In this document: positions 1 through 8,844 of the stretch, piece after piece | Numbering within the stretch: the first letter of the stretch is position 1 | How the letters are laid out: every line of letters starts with the position of its first letter | NCBI GenBank assembly: GCA_964612055.1 | Contig: CAZTBI010000003.1 | Span: 40,268-104,267, forward strand | Reading direction: 5' to 3' | DNA: 64,000 bases | From: an uncultured Bdellovibrionales bacterium | GTDB taxonomy: Bacteria; Patescibacteriota; Minisyncoccia; Moranbacterales; UBA1568 | Translations under genes and position numbers: made by a program | The notes under the pieces: model-generated | Seen by the model: only the letters and a program-made list of their open reading frames with translations | The model's database searches: none | Told to the model about the DNA's origin: nothing

Positions 1-802
1 TTTCAAAAAGAAGTCGTAGTGCTTGAAGAGAAGTCGCAAGCGGTGTGCGGGTACTAAAATATATCTCCCAGCCTTCTTTCGTTTTCACGCGCAGCTCGTT
101 CGCAAAGCGGGAAGCGAGCATCATTTCGTTTTCTGTATCAATACCAAACTGTTCCTGGAGCGAGGACTGGAGCGAGGTGGTCAACAGCATAAACGGAGCA
201 TCATAAATCTCGCCTCCAAAACGAAGCGGTTCAGAACTTTCATCCCGAAGATACAGTGTCCGCAAATGATTCCCTTCTTCCTCATACGCCGCTGTTATCG
301 GCACCACACTGCCATCTTCGAGAACATGACCGCACAGGGATGCGACGCACCAGAGGATAATCCGCTCGCGCTCCTCTACCGTTATCTCAAGCTTGTCAGG
401 AAACACCCGCTTTGCAACGACACTCTGTATCAAAGGATAGCGCTCCTTGAGGAGGCGTTCGAGTTTTACTGGCTGAATAAGGAAAAAACTCCCGCGCGGG
501 ATGAAGCCAAGATACTTCTGTGAAAGTTCCTGATCCACCGTCTCTCGAAAACGCGCCTCTTCTACCAGAGACAGTCCCTGTACGCGCCACTCTGCCAATG
601 CGAGGTACGAAGAGAAAATAAGGGCATACCCCACCGTTCCAAAAAAAAGAAGCCAGAGAAAAAGAACTCCAAGCAAAGACGATGAAGAACCCTGGTGTGA
701 TTCCAGGCGTTCTTTGCGTGGGACAGCATTCTTCCCAGACGTCGTCTTTGGAAGAAACTTCCCGCGCTCTTTTTTCAATTGCGATTTCCACAAAAAACGC
801 AT
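1..802 (-). CDS. ftsQ: FtsQ/DivIB-like cell division protein (3' end outside window)
   Basis: Not in the ORF track. Manual translation from ATG at 802 is open to base 1: basic N-tail, one TM (LLGVLFLWLLFFGTVGYALIF), POTRA-type YPLIQSVVAKRVFPDKLEITVEER, C-terminal KTKEGWEIYF. Confidence 0.75.
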   Translation of the reverse strand, partial: MRFLWKSQLKKERGKFLPKTTSGKNAVPRKERLESHQGSSSSLLGVLFLWLLFFGTVGYALIFSSYLALAEWRVQGLSLVEEARFRETVDQELSQKYLGFIPRGSFFLIQPVKLERLLKERYPLIQSVVAKRVFPDKLEITVEERERIILWCVASLCGHVLEDGSVVPITAAYEEEGNHLRTLYLRDESSEPLRFGGEIYDAPFMLLTTSLQSSLQEQFGIDTENEMMLASRFANELRVKTKEGWEIYFSTRTPLATSLQALRLLFE

Positions 803-822
803 GCTGATATCTTTTGTATTTT

Positions 823-1728
823 TTACACTGCCAAAAAGATCTTCTCGAGAAGCAGTCTGGCGTTACTCTGTGTTGTTTTGAGCAGTCTCATTGTTTTCTC
901 CACTTCATCAAGAAGAGCGAAGAATCTCACTGTTCCTCTTTTTTCACTCACTAGAAGTGCCTGACGATGAAGTCCTGGAAGCCACCATTCCAAAAGCCGC
1001 ACCGTTCGTTCCGTATGCGATCCTAACTTTTCCGCCAAAGACAGCCGGTCGGCAAGAGGCAGAGTCGAAAGACGAAACAATTGCCCCAAAAGTTCTCGCT
1101 CAAGCGTGAAGGCTGCCGGATCATTCAAGGCCGAGAGTACCATCCCTGGTCGGCCCAAAGCAAAAAAGAAAGGTGCCACTTGGGAGAGTTCTTTTTCATC
1201 ATACAGTGAAGCAACGGCGTCAAAGAGGATTTTCTCTGGCACAAAATCAAAACGGACTCTTTTGACACGAGAAAGGACTGTCGAAAGCATGTTCCCCACT
1301 TCGTGAGTCAGGAGGATAATGACCGCCGTCGACTGCGGCTCTTCCAAAGTCTTCAAAAGGACATTCTGTGCCGTTTCCGAAAGCGTATGCGCATCCTCGA
1401 TAATGAGTACTCGAAAACCACCGGATACCGGAAAATGAGAAAGGAAGCCTAAACTTTCACGAACAGCTTCAGCAGAAATATTCCTCAACTTGGTCACGCC
1501 TCGCTTTGTTTCTACCAAGGGTCGCAAAATTTTGACATCAAAAGGGTGCGGCTTGTCCTCGCTTGGTTCGAAATCGGGCTCTTTGGCCAAAAGTGAAGCA
1601 AACTCCAGAGCACAAAGACTCTTTCCTATGCCGCGCGGCCCGGTAAAAAGATAAGCTTGAGCAATATTTCCCTGCCCCAAAGATGTCCGCAGCATCTTCC
1701 GTTCCTTGTGATGACCAATAATATCCAT
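823..1728 (-). CDS. holB: DNA polymerase III delta-prime subunit
   Basis: DIIGH, AYLFTGPRGIGKS, AQNVLLKTLEEP, TVLSR; Zn module absent. Confidence 0.85.
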   Translation of the reverse strand: MDIIGHHKERKMLRTSLGQGNIAQAYLFTGPRGIGKSLCALEFASLLAKEPDFEPSEDKPHPFDVKILRPLVETKRGVTKLRNISAEAVRESLGFLSHFPVSGGFRVLIIEDAHTLSETAQNVLLKTLEEPQSTAVIILLTHEVGNMLSTVLSRVKRVRFDFVPEKILFDAVASLYDEKELSQVAPFFFALGRPGMVLSALNDPAAFTLERELLGQLFRLSTLPLADRLSLAEKLGSHTERTVRLLEWWLPGLHRQALLVSEKRGTVRFFALLDEVEKTMRLLKTTQSNARLLLEKIFLAV

Positions 1729-1738
1729 AACCAATACC

Positions 1739-2875
1739 TTACCCTACTACCCTTCTTATTCCTTCTTGAAATGATTCTTTGGTGAAATGCGCTACTGATG
1801 CTTTCATCGAATCAACACTATACGTTCCTTCTTTTTCCAAAAAGCGTCGTACTCCCTCGGCAATGATTTCTGGAGCGTTGCTATGAAAGAATTCCCCCGT
1901 TTCGCCAGAGCGGACAATCTCACGGATACCACCGTATTCAAGCGCAATCACCGGCACACCAAATGATAAGGCCTCCACCGCCACCATACCGAAATCCTCT
2001 TCTGACGGAAAAATAAGAGCCCTCGCTCCAGAATACAGCCGGGTCAATTCGTTGTCATCGACAAAACCCGTGAAACGAATGTGTTTTCCGGCTCGCTTCT
2101 GCAACCGCTCTGCTTCTGGCCCGTTGCCAACAATCACCAGTGGTAATCCGAGTTTATTGAAGGCGTCCACAACCGCATCAATCTTCTTGGACTGAGTCAA
2201 CCGAGAGACAAGCAAGAAATATTCTTTCTCTGACGGCTCCATTGGAAGAGAGTCCTTTGACCCATGAGAGAGAAAAAGTGCCCCGGGATAAATTACTTCC
2301 GCATCGCGACGATAGTATTTCTTGATGCGATCTTCTGTAAAATGAGAATTTGCGAGCAGTATATCTGGTCGTTCTGCTGCTTGCTTATCCCAGATACGGA
2401 GATAACTCATAAGCATCCGCGTAAAGATACTTCGTCTCCCTCGAGCTCCGAGCTCCTTCAGGTAGGCCTCGTGGTAATCCCAGGCATAGCGCATCGGGGA
2501 ATGGAGATAGGCAATATGCTTCGTATTGAGCCGCGTGATGATGCCTTTGCTCCAGGCACCCGAAGAAGAAATCACGAGATCGAATTCACGGAGATCAAGA
2601 CTTTCTACAGCGGCCGGGAAAAATGGGAGAAATATTCGATACCGTTTCTGGATAAAACGCGGGAGTTTCCCAAGCCAGGAAGTACAAATCTCACGTCCTT
2701 TGAAATGACTACCCATACGCTCCTCATCATAAAGCAGCGTATAAATGGGCGCTTCAGGATACATTTCACAAAGCATTTCAAAAACACGCTCGGCACCCCC
2801 ATAGGAAACGAGAAAATCATGGACTAATGCTATCTTTTTCTTCCTCGCCATTTCTGTACCCATAATATTAATCAT
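1739..2875 (-). CDS. GT4 glycosyltransferase (WbaZ-like)
   Basis: IALVHD..GGAERV, EDFGMVAVEA; alternative start 2851. Confidence 0.9.
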   Translation of the reverse strand: MINIMGTEMARKKKIALVHDFLVSYGGAERVFEMLCEMYPEAPIYTLLYDEERMGSHFKGREICTSWLGKLPRFIQKRYRIFLPFFPAAVESLDLREFDLVISSSGAWSKGIITRLNTKHIAYLHSPMRYAWDYHEAYLKELGARGRRSIFTRMLMSYLRIWDKQAAERPDILLANSHFTEDRIKKYYRRDAEVIYPGALFLSHGSKDSLPMEPSEKEYFLLVSRLTQSKKIDAVVDAFNKLGLPLVIVGNGPEAERLQKRAGKHIRFTGFVDDNELTRLYSGARALIFPSEEDFGMVAVEALSFGVPVIALEYGGIREIVRSGETGEFFHSNAPEIIAEGVRRFLEKEGTYSVDSMKASVAHFTKESFQEGIRRVVG

Positions 2876-3983
2876 TCAATAAAACAGAAAGGTTTGCTGC
2901 GCACCCCTCCCAAGAGAATCTTTTGATATTTTCCCTACCTTTTGAAATTATACCATTTCTCATGCCCTCGTCCGAAAGGAGCTTCTGAGCCCCTTCGGCG
3001 ATACTTTCTACACTTGCAGGGTCCACAAATACCGCTCCATCCCCTGCTACTTCGGGTAAAGATGACGTACTAGATGTCACCACTGGTACCCCGACACTCT
3101 GAGCTTCCAAAACCGGTATGCCAAAACCTTCGTAGAGCGTTGGGAAAAGAAAAACATCAGCATTTTGAAGGAGTGGCCATTTCTCTTCTTCGACTACGTA
3201 TCCTTTCTCGATAATGGCGCTCTGATATTTGCTCTTTGCTATCTGTTGTTTGATTCTATCGTATCCATAGCCTGGCTTCCCAACCAAGAGAAGTTCGTGT
3301 GGTATTTGGTACTTTTCTTTCAGCATTTCAAACGCCTCGATAATTCGCACAATATTTTTTCGTTCTTCCAAGCGCCCAATAAAAAGTAAGTATGGTTTCT
3401 CCGACTTTTTTATTGATTGTTGATTGTTTTCTGGTAATTGTTTTTCGTAGCCTTCGGAGACAACGCGAATCTTTCCTTCGGACACTCCATAGAAACCCGT
3501 CACATCACGCTTGGTATTTTCTGAGACACAGATAACCGTGCTCGCTACCTGACAAGAAAACATAATCGAGTAGTGCATGTAGACCCGCTCCCAAAAAGAG
3601 TAGGCTTCTTTACAAAACTCATACTCCAAACCATGGATGGTGACGATCGTCTTCTTAGGATGGATGAGCGGTACCGTGTGCGCTGGCACAAACAAAACGT
3701 CCGGCGTATGAAAAAGCATTTCCAGTGATAATCCTATCTGGGTCCAAAAACGTGGCGCCCATAATCCGCGCACTGTCCAATTTCTCGGCAACTCAAAATC
3801 AATATCTGGAATTTTCAAAGACATACGACCGTGAGCAAAAGAAAGTTTCTTACGAACGTACAAAACCACCTCCGCATCACGAGGCAGCTCATCACGCAGG
3901 TGCTTGATCACCTGATAGCTATACTCTTCTATCCCGGTTCGTCGTTTGAGAAACGCCCGTGACGCGTCAATTCCGATGATCAT
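2868..3983 (-). CDS. GT4 glycosyltransferase (MtfB-like)
   Basis: MIIGIDASR, TGIEEYS, YEGFGIPVLEA, SSLPEVAG; start moved to ATG 3983. Confidence 0.9.
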   Translation of the reverse strand: MIIGIDASRAFLKRRTGIEEYSYQVIKHLRDELPRDAEVVLYVRKKLSFAHGRMSLKIPDIDFELPRNWTVRGLWAPRFWTQIGLSLEMLFHTPDVLFVPAHTVPLIHPKKTIVTIHGLEYEFCKEAYSFWERVYMHYSIMFSCQVASTVICVSENTKRDVTGFYGVSEGKIRVVSEGYEKQLPENNQQSIKKSEKPYLLFIGRLEERKNIVRIIEAFEMLKEKYQIPHELLLVGKPGYGYDRIKQQIAKSKYQSAIIEKGYVVEEEKWPLLQNADVFLFPTLYEGFGIPVLEAQSVGVPVVTSSTSSLPEVAGDGAVFVDPASVESIAEGAQKLLSDEGMRNGIISKGRENIKRFSWEGCAANLSVLLND

Positions 3984-4012
3984 AGAAATTCCGGTAAATT
4001 TCGAAAGCTTGG

Positions 4013-4178
4013 AAAGATATTTCTTTTCTGAACTCCCGGTTGACGTCGGTAACATTTCTGATGAATGAGCCGCTAGAAATGATTGATTCTCGATGGCTTC
4101 GAGTATGTGAGATCATTTCTCGGTCGAGAGAGTCAGAAATGTTCGACGGAAAGAAAGGGGAAGAAAAGGAATATCTTT
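4013..4178 (+). repeat. 166-bp structured intergenic element, copy 1
   Basis: 163/166 identical to 18295-18460; 16-bp terminal IR and nested internal IRs. Confidence 0.95.
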
Positions 4179-4194
4179 TGAAGCTGCCACAAAA

Positions 4195-5223
4195 CTATTT
4201 CGCCAGCATGATACTGCGCTTGTAGAGCTCGAGGTTTTCGAGCACAATCCCCGTCCCCTTCACCACGCAAAATGCTGGATCATCCGCCACATAGCACGGC
4301 ACATTGATCGTCTTTGATATCAGCTGATCGAGATATTTCAGTTGAGCCGTTCCGCCAGAAAGCACCATCCCTTTATCCATAATATCCGCTGCCAATTCCG
4401 GCGGCGTTTCCTGAAGCACCTGCTTGATGACATTGATAATCTCACGCAGTTCATCCTGGATCGCTTCGGTGACCTCGTTCGACGAGACCGTGATCGTCTT
4501 CGGCAAACCACCCATCAGGTCCCGACCCCGAACATCCATGTGCTCCTCCTTCACCTGAGCGATAGCTGACCCGATCTTCATCTTGATCTCCTCAGCCGTT
4601 CGATCACCGATCGCCAAACTGTGTTTACGCTTGATGTAATCCGAAATGGCCTGATCGATTTTGTTCCCACCAACACGAGCACTGTGAGACGCCACCACGC
4701 CACCAAGAGAAATAATAGCAATCTCCGATGTCCCGCCGCCAATATTGATAATCATATTCCCCTGCGCTGTATGAATCGGAATACCCGCCCCGATAGCAGC
4801 AAGGATCGGCTCTTTCACTACATAGGCAGCCTTGGCTCCAGCTTTCAGTGCCGCATCGATGACCGCGCGTCGTTCAGTCGAAGTAATACCAGCAGGAATA
4901 GACAGTACCACTTCTGGACGAAAGAAACGCACTCTACCACCCACCTTGTTCAAAAAGTATTTAAGCATCGCCTCGGTAATACGGTAATCCGCGATAGCAC
5001 CATCACGCAGTGGCTGACTCGCCACAATCGTATCCGGTGTGCGACCGAGCATTTCCTTGGCTTCATTACCGACCGCGAGCACCTTGTTCTCTGTCAGTGA
5101 AATAGCAACTACCGAAGGTTCGTTAATCACCACACCTTTCCCTGGCACAAAGACCAAGGTATTGGCTGTACCCAAGTCGATCCCGATTTTCCGCAAAAAC
5201 ATGGATTTCATATCAAAACTCAT
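4195..5223 (-). CDS. mreB: Rod shape-determining protein MreB
   Basis: GIDLGTANT, NEPSVVA, IGGGTSE; ATGA overlap with murA stop. Confidence 0.97.
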   Translation of the reverse strand: MSFDMKSMFLRKIGIDLGTANTLVFVPGKGVVINEPSVVAISLTENKVLAVGNEAKEMLGRTPDTIVASQPLRDGAIADYRITEAMLKYFLNKVGGRVRFFRPEVVLSIPAGITSTERRAVIDAALKAGAKAAYVVKEPILAAIGAGIPIHTAQGNMIINIGGGTSEIAIISLGGVVASHSARVGGNKIDQAISDYIKRKHSLAIGDRTAEEIKMKIGSAIAQVKEEHMDVRGRDLMGGLPKTITVSSNEVTEAIQDELREIINVIKQVLQETPPELAADIMDKGMVLSGGTAQLKYLDQLISKTINVPCYVADDPAFCVVKGTGIVLENLELYKRSIMLAK

Positions 5224-6485
5224 GACAGATCCTTTCTTTTTATCTCTGCGCCAATTTTTTGTAGGCGTTCTTCGATACGTTCATAACCACGATCTACCTG
5301 ATAAATTTCTTCGATTATGGTTTTCCCTTGAGCCGTCAGAGCCGCAATGATGAGAGCCGCCCCCGCTCGCAAATCATAGCTCTTGATCATCGTTCCCATA
5401 AGCTTTGTTTTTCCGGAAATGACTACTTGATGTGGATTGAGCACTTCAATTTTTCCACCCATCTTCTGTATCTCTGGAACATAGTTGAAGCGGCCCTCGA
5501 AAAGCGTATCAAAAACAAATGTCTCACCCTCCGCCTGGGTCGCCAAGACTCCAAAAGGCGCCTGCACATCAGTCGGCAATCCCGGATAGACGCGCGTATC
5601 GAGTTTCGTAACAGCACGTAACTTTTTTGCTGGCACGACGGTAATCTCATTTTTCTTCACGGAAAAATCAGCACCAAATTCACGGAGCTTTTCTAAGACC
5701 AGATCCAGATGTTCTTCACGAGCGTTTTTCACCGTGATCGGACTACCGGTCGCTACACCCAGGATAAGAAACGTAGCGGCTTCATTGGCATCAGGAATCA
5801 CCGCATGTTTCACACCTTTCAATTTTTTTGTTCCTTGAATTTCCAAGACATTCGTTCCGAGACCTTTGATCTTGGCTCCCATGGCCACAAGAAATTTTCC
5901 CAGATCCTCGACATGCGGTTCACAGGCAGCGATTTTGATAATTGTCTTCCCTGGCATACTGGCCGCAAGCATCATAGCATTCTCTGTCCCAGTCACTGAA
6001 AACTCGCGCAGTACCACCATAGCCGGATGACGCTTGGTAGCATCAACCACATAGCCTTTTTCTTTTGCTTGTACTCGCACGCCCATTTTCTGCAAAGCAT
6101 CGAGATGAGTATCCACCGGACGAGCACCGATGAGACAGCCACCGGGACGATAAAAAGAAAAATGATCGAAGCGCGCGGCCAGTGACCCCCATAGAAGAAT
6201 CGACGAACGAAGTTGTTTCACCAGTTCCGTATCCATTTTTTTCGGATCGATATTTTTAGCGGTGATCGCGACCGTGCGTTTCCCACGCCACTTCACTTCC
6301 GCTCCCAAGCTTTCCAAAATTTCGAGCATACGAAAAACATCCTCAATCAAAGGGATATTGCTAATCACACAGGTCTCTTTGGTCAGAAGCGTGGCAGCCA
6401 AAATCGGCGTCGTGGCATTCTTTGAACCACAGACGATTATCTCGCCTTTAAGCCTTTTTCCACCCTGTATTTCAAAAACTTCCAT
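5220..6485 (-). CDS. murA: UDP-N-acetylglucosamine 1-carboxyvinyltransferase
   Basis: GSKNA, LRSS, PGGCLIGARP, DLRAGAAL, DRGYE; ATG 6485. Confidence 0.97.
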   Translation of the reverse strand: MEVFEIQGGKRLKGEIIVCGSKNATTPILAATLLTKETCVISNIPLIEDVFRMLEILESLGAEVKWRGKRTVAITAKNIDPKKMDTELVKQLRSSILLWGSLAARFDHFSFYRPGGCLIGARPVDTHLDALQKMGVRVQAKEKGYVVDATKRHPAMVVLREFSVTGTENAMMLAASMPGKTIIKIAACEPHVEDLGKFLVAMGAKIKGLGTNVLEIQGTKKLKGVKHAVIPDANEAATFLILGVATGSPITVKNAREEHLDLVLEKLREFGADFSVKKNEITVVPAKKLRAVTKLDTRVYPGLPTDVQAPFGVLATQAEGETFVFDTLFEGRFNYVPEIQKMGGKIEVLNPHQVVISGKTKLMGTMIKSYDLRAGAALIIAALTAQGKTIIEEIYQVDRGYERIEERLQKIGAEIKRKDLS

Positions 6486-6492
6486 ACTGGCT

Positions 6493-6521
6493 AGTATAGC
6501 CCAGGGTAAGGCACTTTTCAA
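6493..6521 (-). promoter_or_regulatory. sigma70-type promoter of murA-mreB (leaderless geometry)
   Basis: TTGAAA-17-TATACT; ATG 7 nt downstream of the -10 box. Confidence 0.7.
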
Positions 6522-6522
6522 G

Positions 6523-6668
6523 TCTCGGGAAATTTTAAACGGCTGGGAGAAGTTTTTCTCGGCCAGCCGTGATTTTTGCCATTCTAATGGCGAGAGTATG
6601 GGAACATACCCTGCTTGTTTTTGTTTTGGTTTTTATTTTTAAAGGACTTGTGGGAAATTTTCCCGAGA
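6523..6668 (+). other. Branched folded intergenic element
   Basis: TCTCGGGAAA/TTTCCCGAGA outer stem enclosing three hairpins. Confidence 0.5.
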
Positions 6669-6695
6669 GAAAGCACTGTTAATGCACTCTCTCGG

Positions 6696-6735
6696 AAAAA
6701 AGAAAACGGGTGTTTCACCCCCTGGAAACACCCGT
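6696..6735 (-). terminator. Intrinsic terminator downstream of trxB
   Basis: ACGGGTGTTTC/GAAACACCCGT 11-bp stem followed by a U-tract on the minus strand. Confidence 0.8.
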
Positions 6736-6785
6736 CCTCTTACTTGTAAATACAGTATAGCACGTTTTTTCACTCTTGTAAAGAG

Positions 6786-7709
6786 CTACTTCCCCTTTCG
6801 GACGAAATCGTACGCTGAAAGTGCGGCCGTCACACCAACACCGGCGGAAATATTATTTTGCTTGTAGGGAAGATCGGTCGCATCACCGGTCGCAAAGATG
6901 CCCGGTCGCGATGTCGCAGCAGTTCTCGCATCAACAATAATCTCGCCGCGCTCATTGAGATCTATGATGTCTTTCACAAATTCCGTGTTCGGCACCATTC
7001 CAATTTCTACGAATACGCCATCAAGCATGATATCTTCCGGTGTATTCGTTTCGCTATTGAGAGCTGTGATACCTGTCACCTTTCCCTCCCCCAAGATCGC
7101 CTGGGTCGTCATGTGGTAACGGACGCTCACTTTTGGTGAAGCGAGAATCTTTTCTTGGGTCACGGCATCACCCTTCAATTCTCCGGAACGAACAAGGAGT
7201 ACGATCTCTCCGGCATACGGCATGAGATCCTCTACTGCCTCCAAAGCAGAGTTGCCACTTCCAACGACTGCCACTTTCTTATTACGGAAAAATGGCGCAT
7301 CACAAGTCGAACAAAACACAACACCCTTCCCAACGAACTGTTCTTCACCTGGTACACCCAGATGACGATGTCGTCCACCGGAAGCAACGATGATCGTCTT
7401 TGTTTCGTAACGCTCACCATTTTCAGTTTCTACGATATAACCACCTTCGGTTCTTTCCGAAACCTTGCTCGCTTTGGTTCCAGTTTTTATCTCAATACTT
7501 TCCTGAGCCCGTAAATGCTTCTCAAGCATCTGCCCAAATTCATAGCCCGGTACCGTCACTGTCCCGATCCAGTTTTCAATGGAAGCTGAAACGACTGACT
7601 GACTCAAAAAATCCTGCGTCAAAAAAAGTGTCTTCATCTGCTTGCGTGCCGTATACACCCCCGCTGCTATCCCTCCGGGTCCCCCACCGATGATAATACA
7701 ATCGTACAT
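6786..7709 (-). CDS. trxB: Thioredoxin reductase
   Basis: GGGPGG, CSTCD redox motif, VVGSGNSA, GIFATGD. Confidence 0.93.
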   Translation of the reverse strand: MYDCIIIGGGPGGIAAGVYTARKQMKTLFLTQDFLSQSVVSASIENWIGTVTVPGYEFGQMLEKHLRAQESIEIKTGTKASKVSERTEGGYIVETENGERYETKTIIVASGGRHRHLGVPGEEQFVGKGVVFCSTCDAPFFRNKKVAVVGSGNSALEAVEDLMPYAGEIVLLVRSGELKGDAVTQEKILASPKVSVRYHMTTQAILGEGKVTGITALNSETNTPEDIMLDGVFVEIGMVPNTEFVKDIIDLNERGEIIVDARTAATSRPGIFATGDATDLPYKQNNISAGVGVTAALSAYDFVRKGK

Positions 7710-7740
7710 AGATTTATTTAAAAAATGGTTATTGTTTAAA

Positions 7741-7780
7741 AAAAGAAGGAGGTTCCGTCAAACACGGTTGCCTCCTTTTC
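7741..7780 (-). terminator. Intrinsic terminator after SDR gene
   Basis: AAGGAGG..CCGT/ACGG..CCTCCTT hairpin plus U-tract. Confidence 0.65.
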
Positions 7781-7781
7781 A

Positions 7782-8546
7782 TCAACGATAGCCTCCGTCA
7801 ATCATGAGATTTTGGCCATAGATATACGAACCACCAGAACCCGCAATGAAAGCAACGAATGCTGCCACTTCTGCCGGCTCGGCAAAACGACCACTCCAGA
7901 TTTTAGCCATCTCAGCTGCCCGCTCTTCATCTGGCAAGGTATCGTTCATGCTCGTATTGATCCAACCAGGTGCCACACCGTTGATACGAATACCGAACTT
8001 GGCATAGTACTCTGCGATGGTACGCATCATGTGCGCTTGCGCAGCCTTGGAAGCATCGTAGTGAACCGAAATCTGTGACTGAGAATTCACTCCATTGGTT
8101 GATGTGATCAACACGATCGAACCCTTGGTACCAGCGTCTCTCATACGGTTGGCAATGACTCTGGTAGAGAAGAAACAGCCGTGGACATTCACATCAAAAA
8201 CCTTCTCCCATTCGTCCTGAGTCTGTTCTTCAAGCGGAGTATTAGGTGAGGTGCCGATAGCATTCACTGCTACCGATATCTCCATTCCTGTAGCCGCCAC
8301 AGCCGCGGTCAGGAAATCAGCTACTTCTTTTTCATCACGCTGCTGCATAGAGCCGATGAAGACCTTCACGCCCAAAGCTTCAATCTCTGCCTTCAGAGTT
8401 TCAGCAACCTCTTGGTTGCGACCATAGGTGAAGCTCACGGCGCTAGCGCCATTGGCCACCAAAGCTCGAACAACTTCTGAGCCGATACCGCCGCTTCCAC
8501 CAAGAACGAGAGCGTGACCGGTGACTTTTGAAAGGTACTTGTCCAT
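7782..8546 (-). CDS. Short-chain dehydrogenase/reductase (FabG-like)
   Basis: GGSGGIG, YDASK, NGVAPG, IDGG; GGAG SD before ATG 8546. Confidence 0.92.
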   Translation of the reverse strand: MDKYLSKVTGHALVLGGSGGIGSEVVRALVANGASAVSFTYGRNQEVAETLKAEIEALGVKVFIGSMQQRDEKEVADFLTAAVAATGMEISVAVNAIGTSPNTPLEEQTQDEWEKVFDVNVHGCFFSTRVIANRMRDAGTKGSIVLITSTNGVNSQSQISVHYDASKAAQAHMMRTIAEYYAKFGIRINGVAPGWINTSMNDTLPDEERAAEMAKIWSGRFAEPAEVAAFVAFIAGSGGSYIYGQNLMIDGGYR

Positions 8547-8584
8547 ATGTGTTTTCTCCGTTTGGTTTGGGTTACAAAAAGGTA

Positions 8585-8833
8585 CTATTGCATTTTGAAA
8601 AGGGATTTGAGATAGGCTTCGTCGATCTTCTTCTTGCCATCCCACTTGCAGGCGATGTCATCCTTCAAGAGCTCTACCCCGAGCATGGCTACCGCTTCGC
8701 GGATCGCTGTTACCTGGGTGATCACTTTGAGACAATCCTGCTTTTCTTCCACCATACGCCGAATACCCTTCAACTGTCCTTCGATGCGCGCGATACGCGA
8801 CAGGACGGGACTGGTTTTTTTGGTCGTTGGCAT
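8585..8833 (-). CDS. CsoR/RcnR-family repressor
   Basis: RIARIEGQLKGIRRMVEE..DC..VITQVTAIR; two Cys. Confidence 0.9.
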   Translation of the reverse strand: MPTTKKTSPVLSRIARIEGQLKGIRRMVEEKQDCLKVITQVTAIREAVAMLGVELLKDDIACKWDGKKKIDEAYLKSLFKMQ

Positions 8834-8844
8834 AGGCTTAGAAA

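Noticed and set aside
23-791. Track ORFs 23-523 (+) and 396-791 (-)
   Set aside because: Both overlap a longer minus-strand frame (802 to 1) that has clear FtsQ features
4058-4141. Hammerhead ribozyme (CTGATGA...GAAA) in the repeat
   Set aside because: No stem I and no valid stem II closure; CTGA is paired with TCAG in the rod
4040-4225. Twin small ORFs MTSVTFLMNEPLEM.. (also 18322-18516)
   Set aside because: They arise from the repeat, start with TTG, lack an RBS and end in unrelated antisense sequence; structure explains the conservation better
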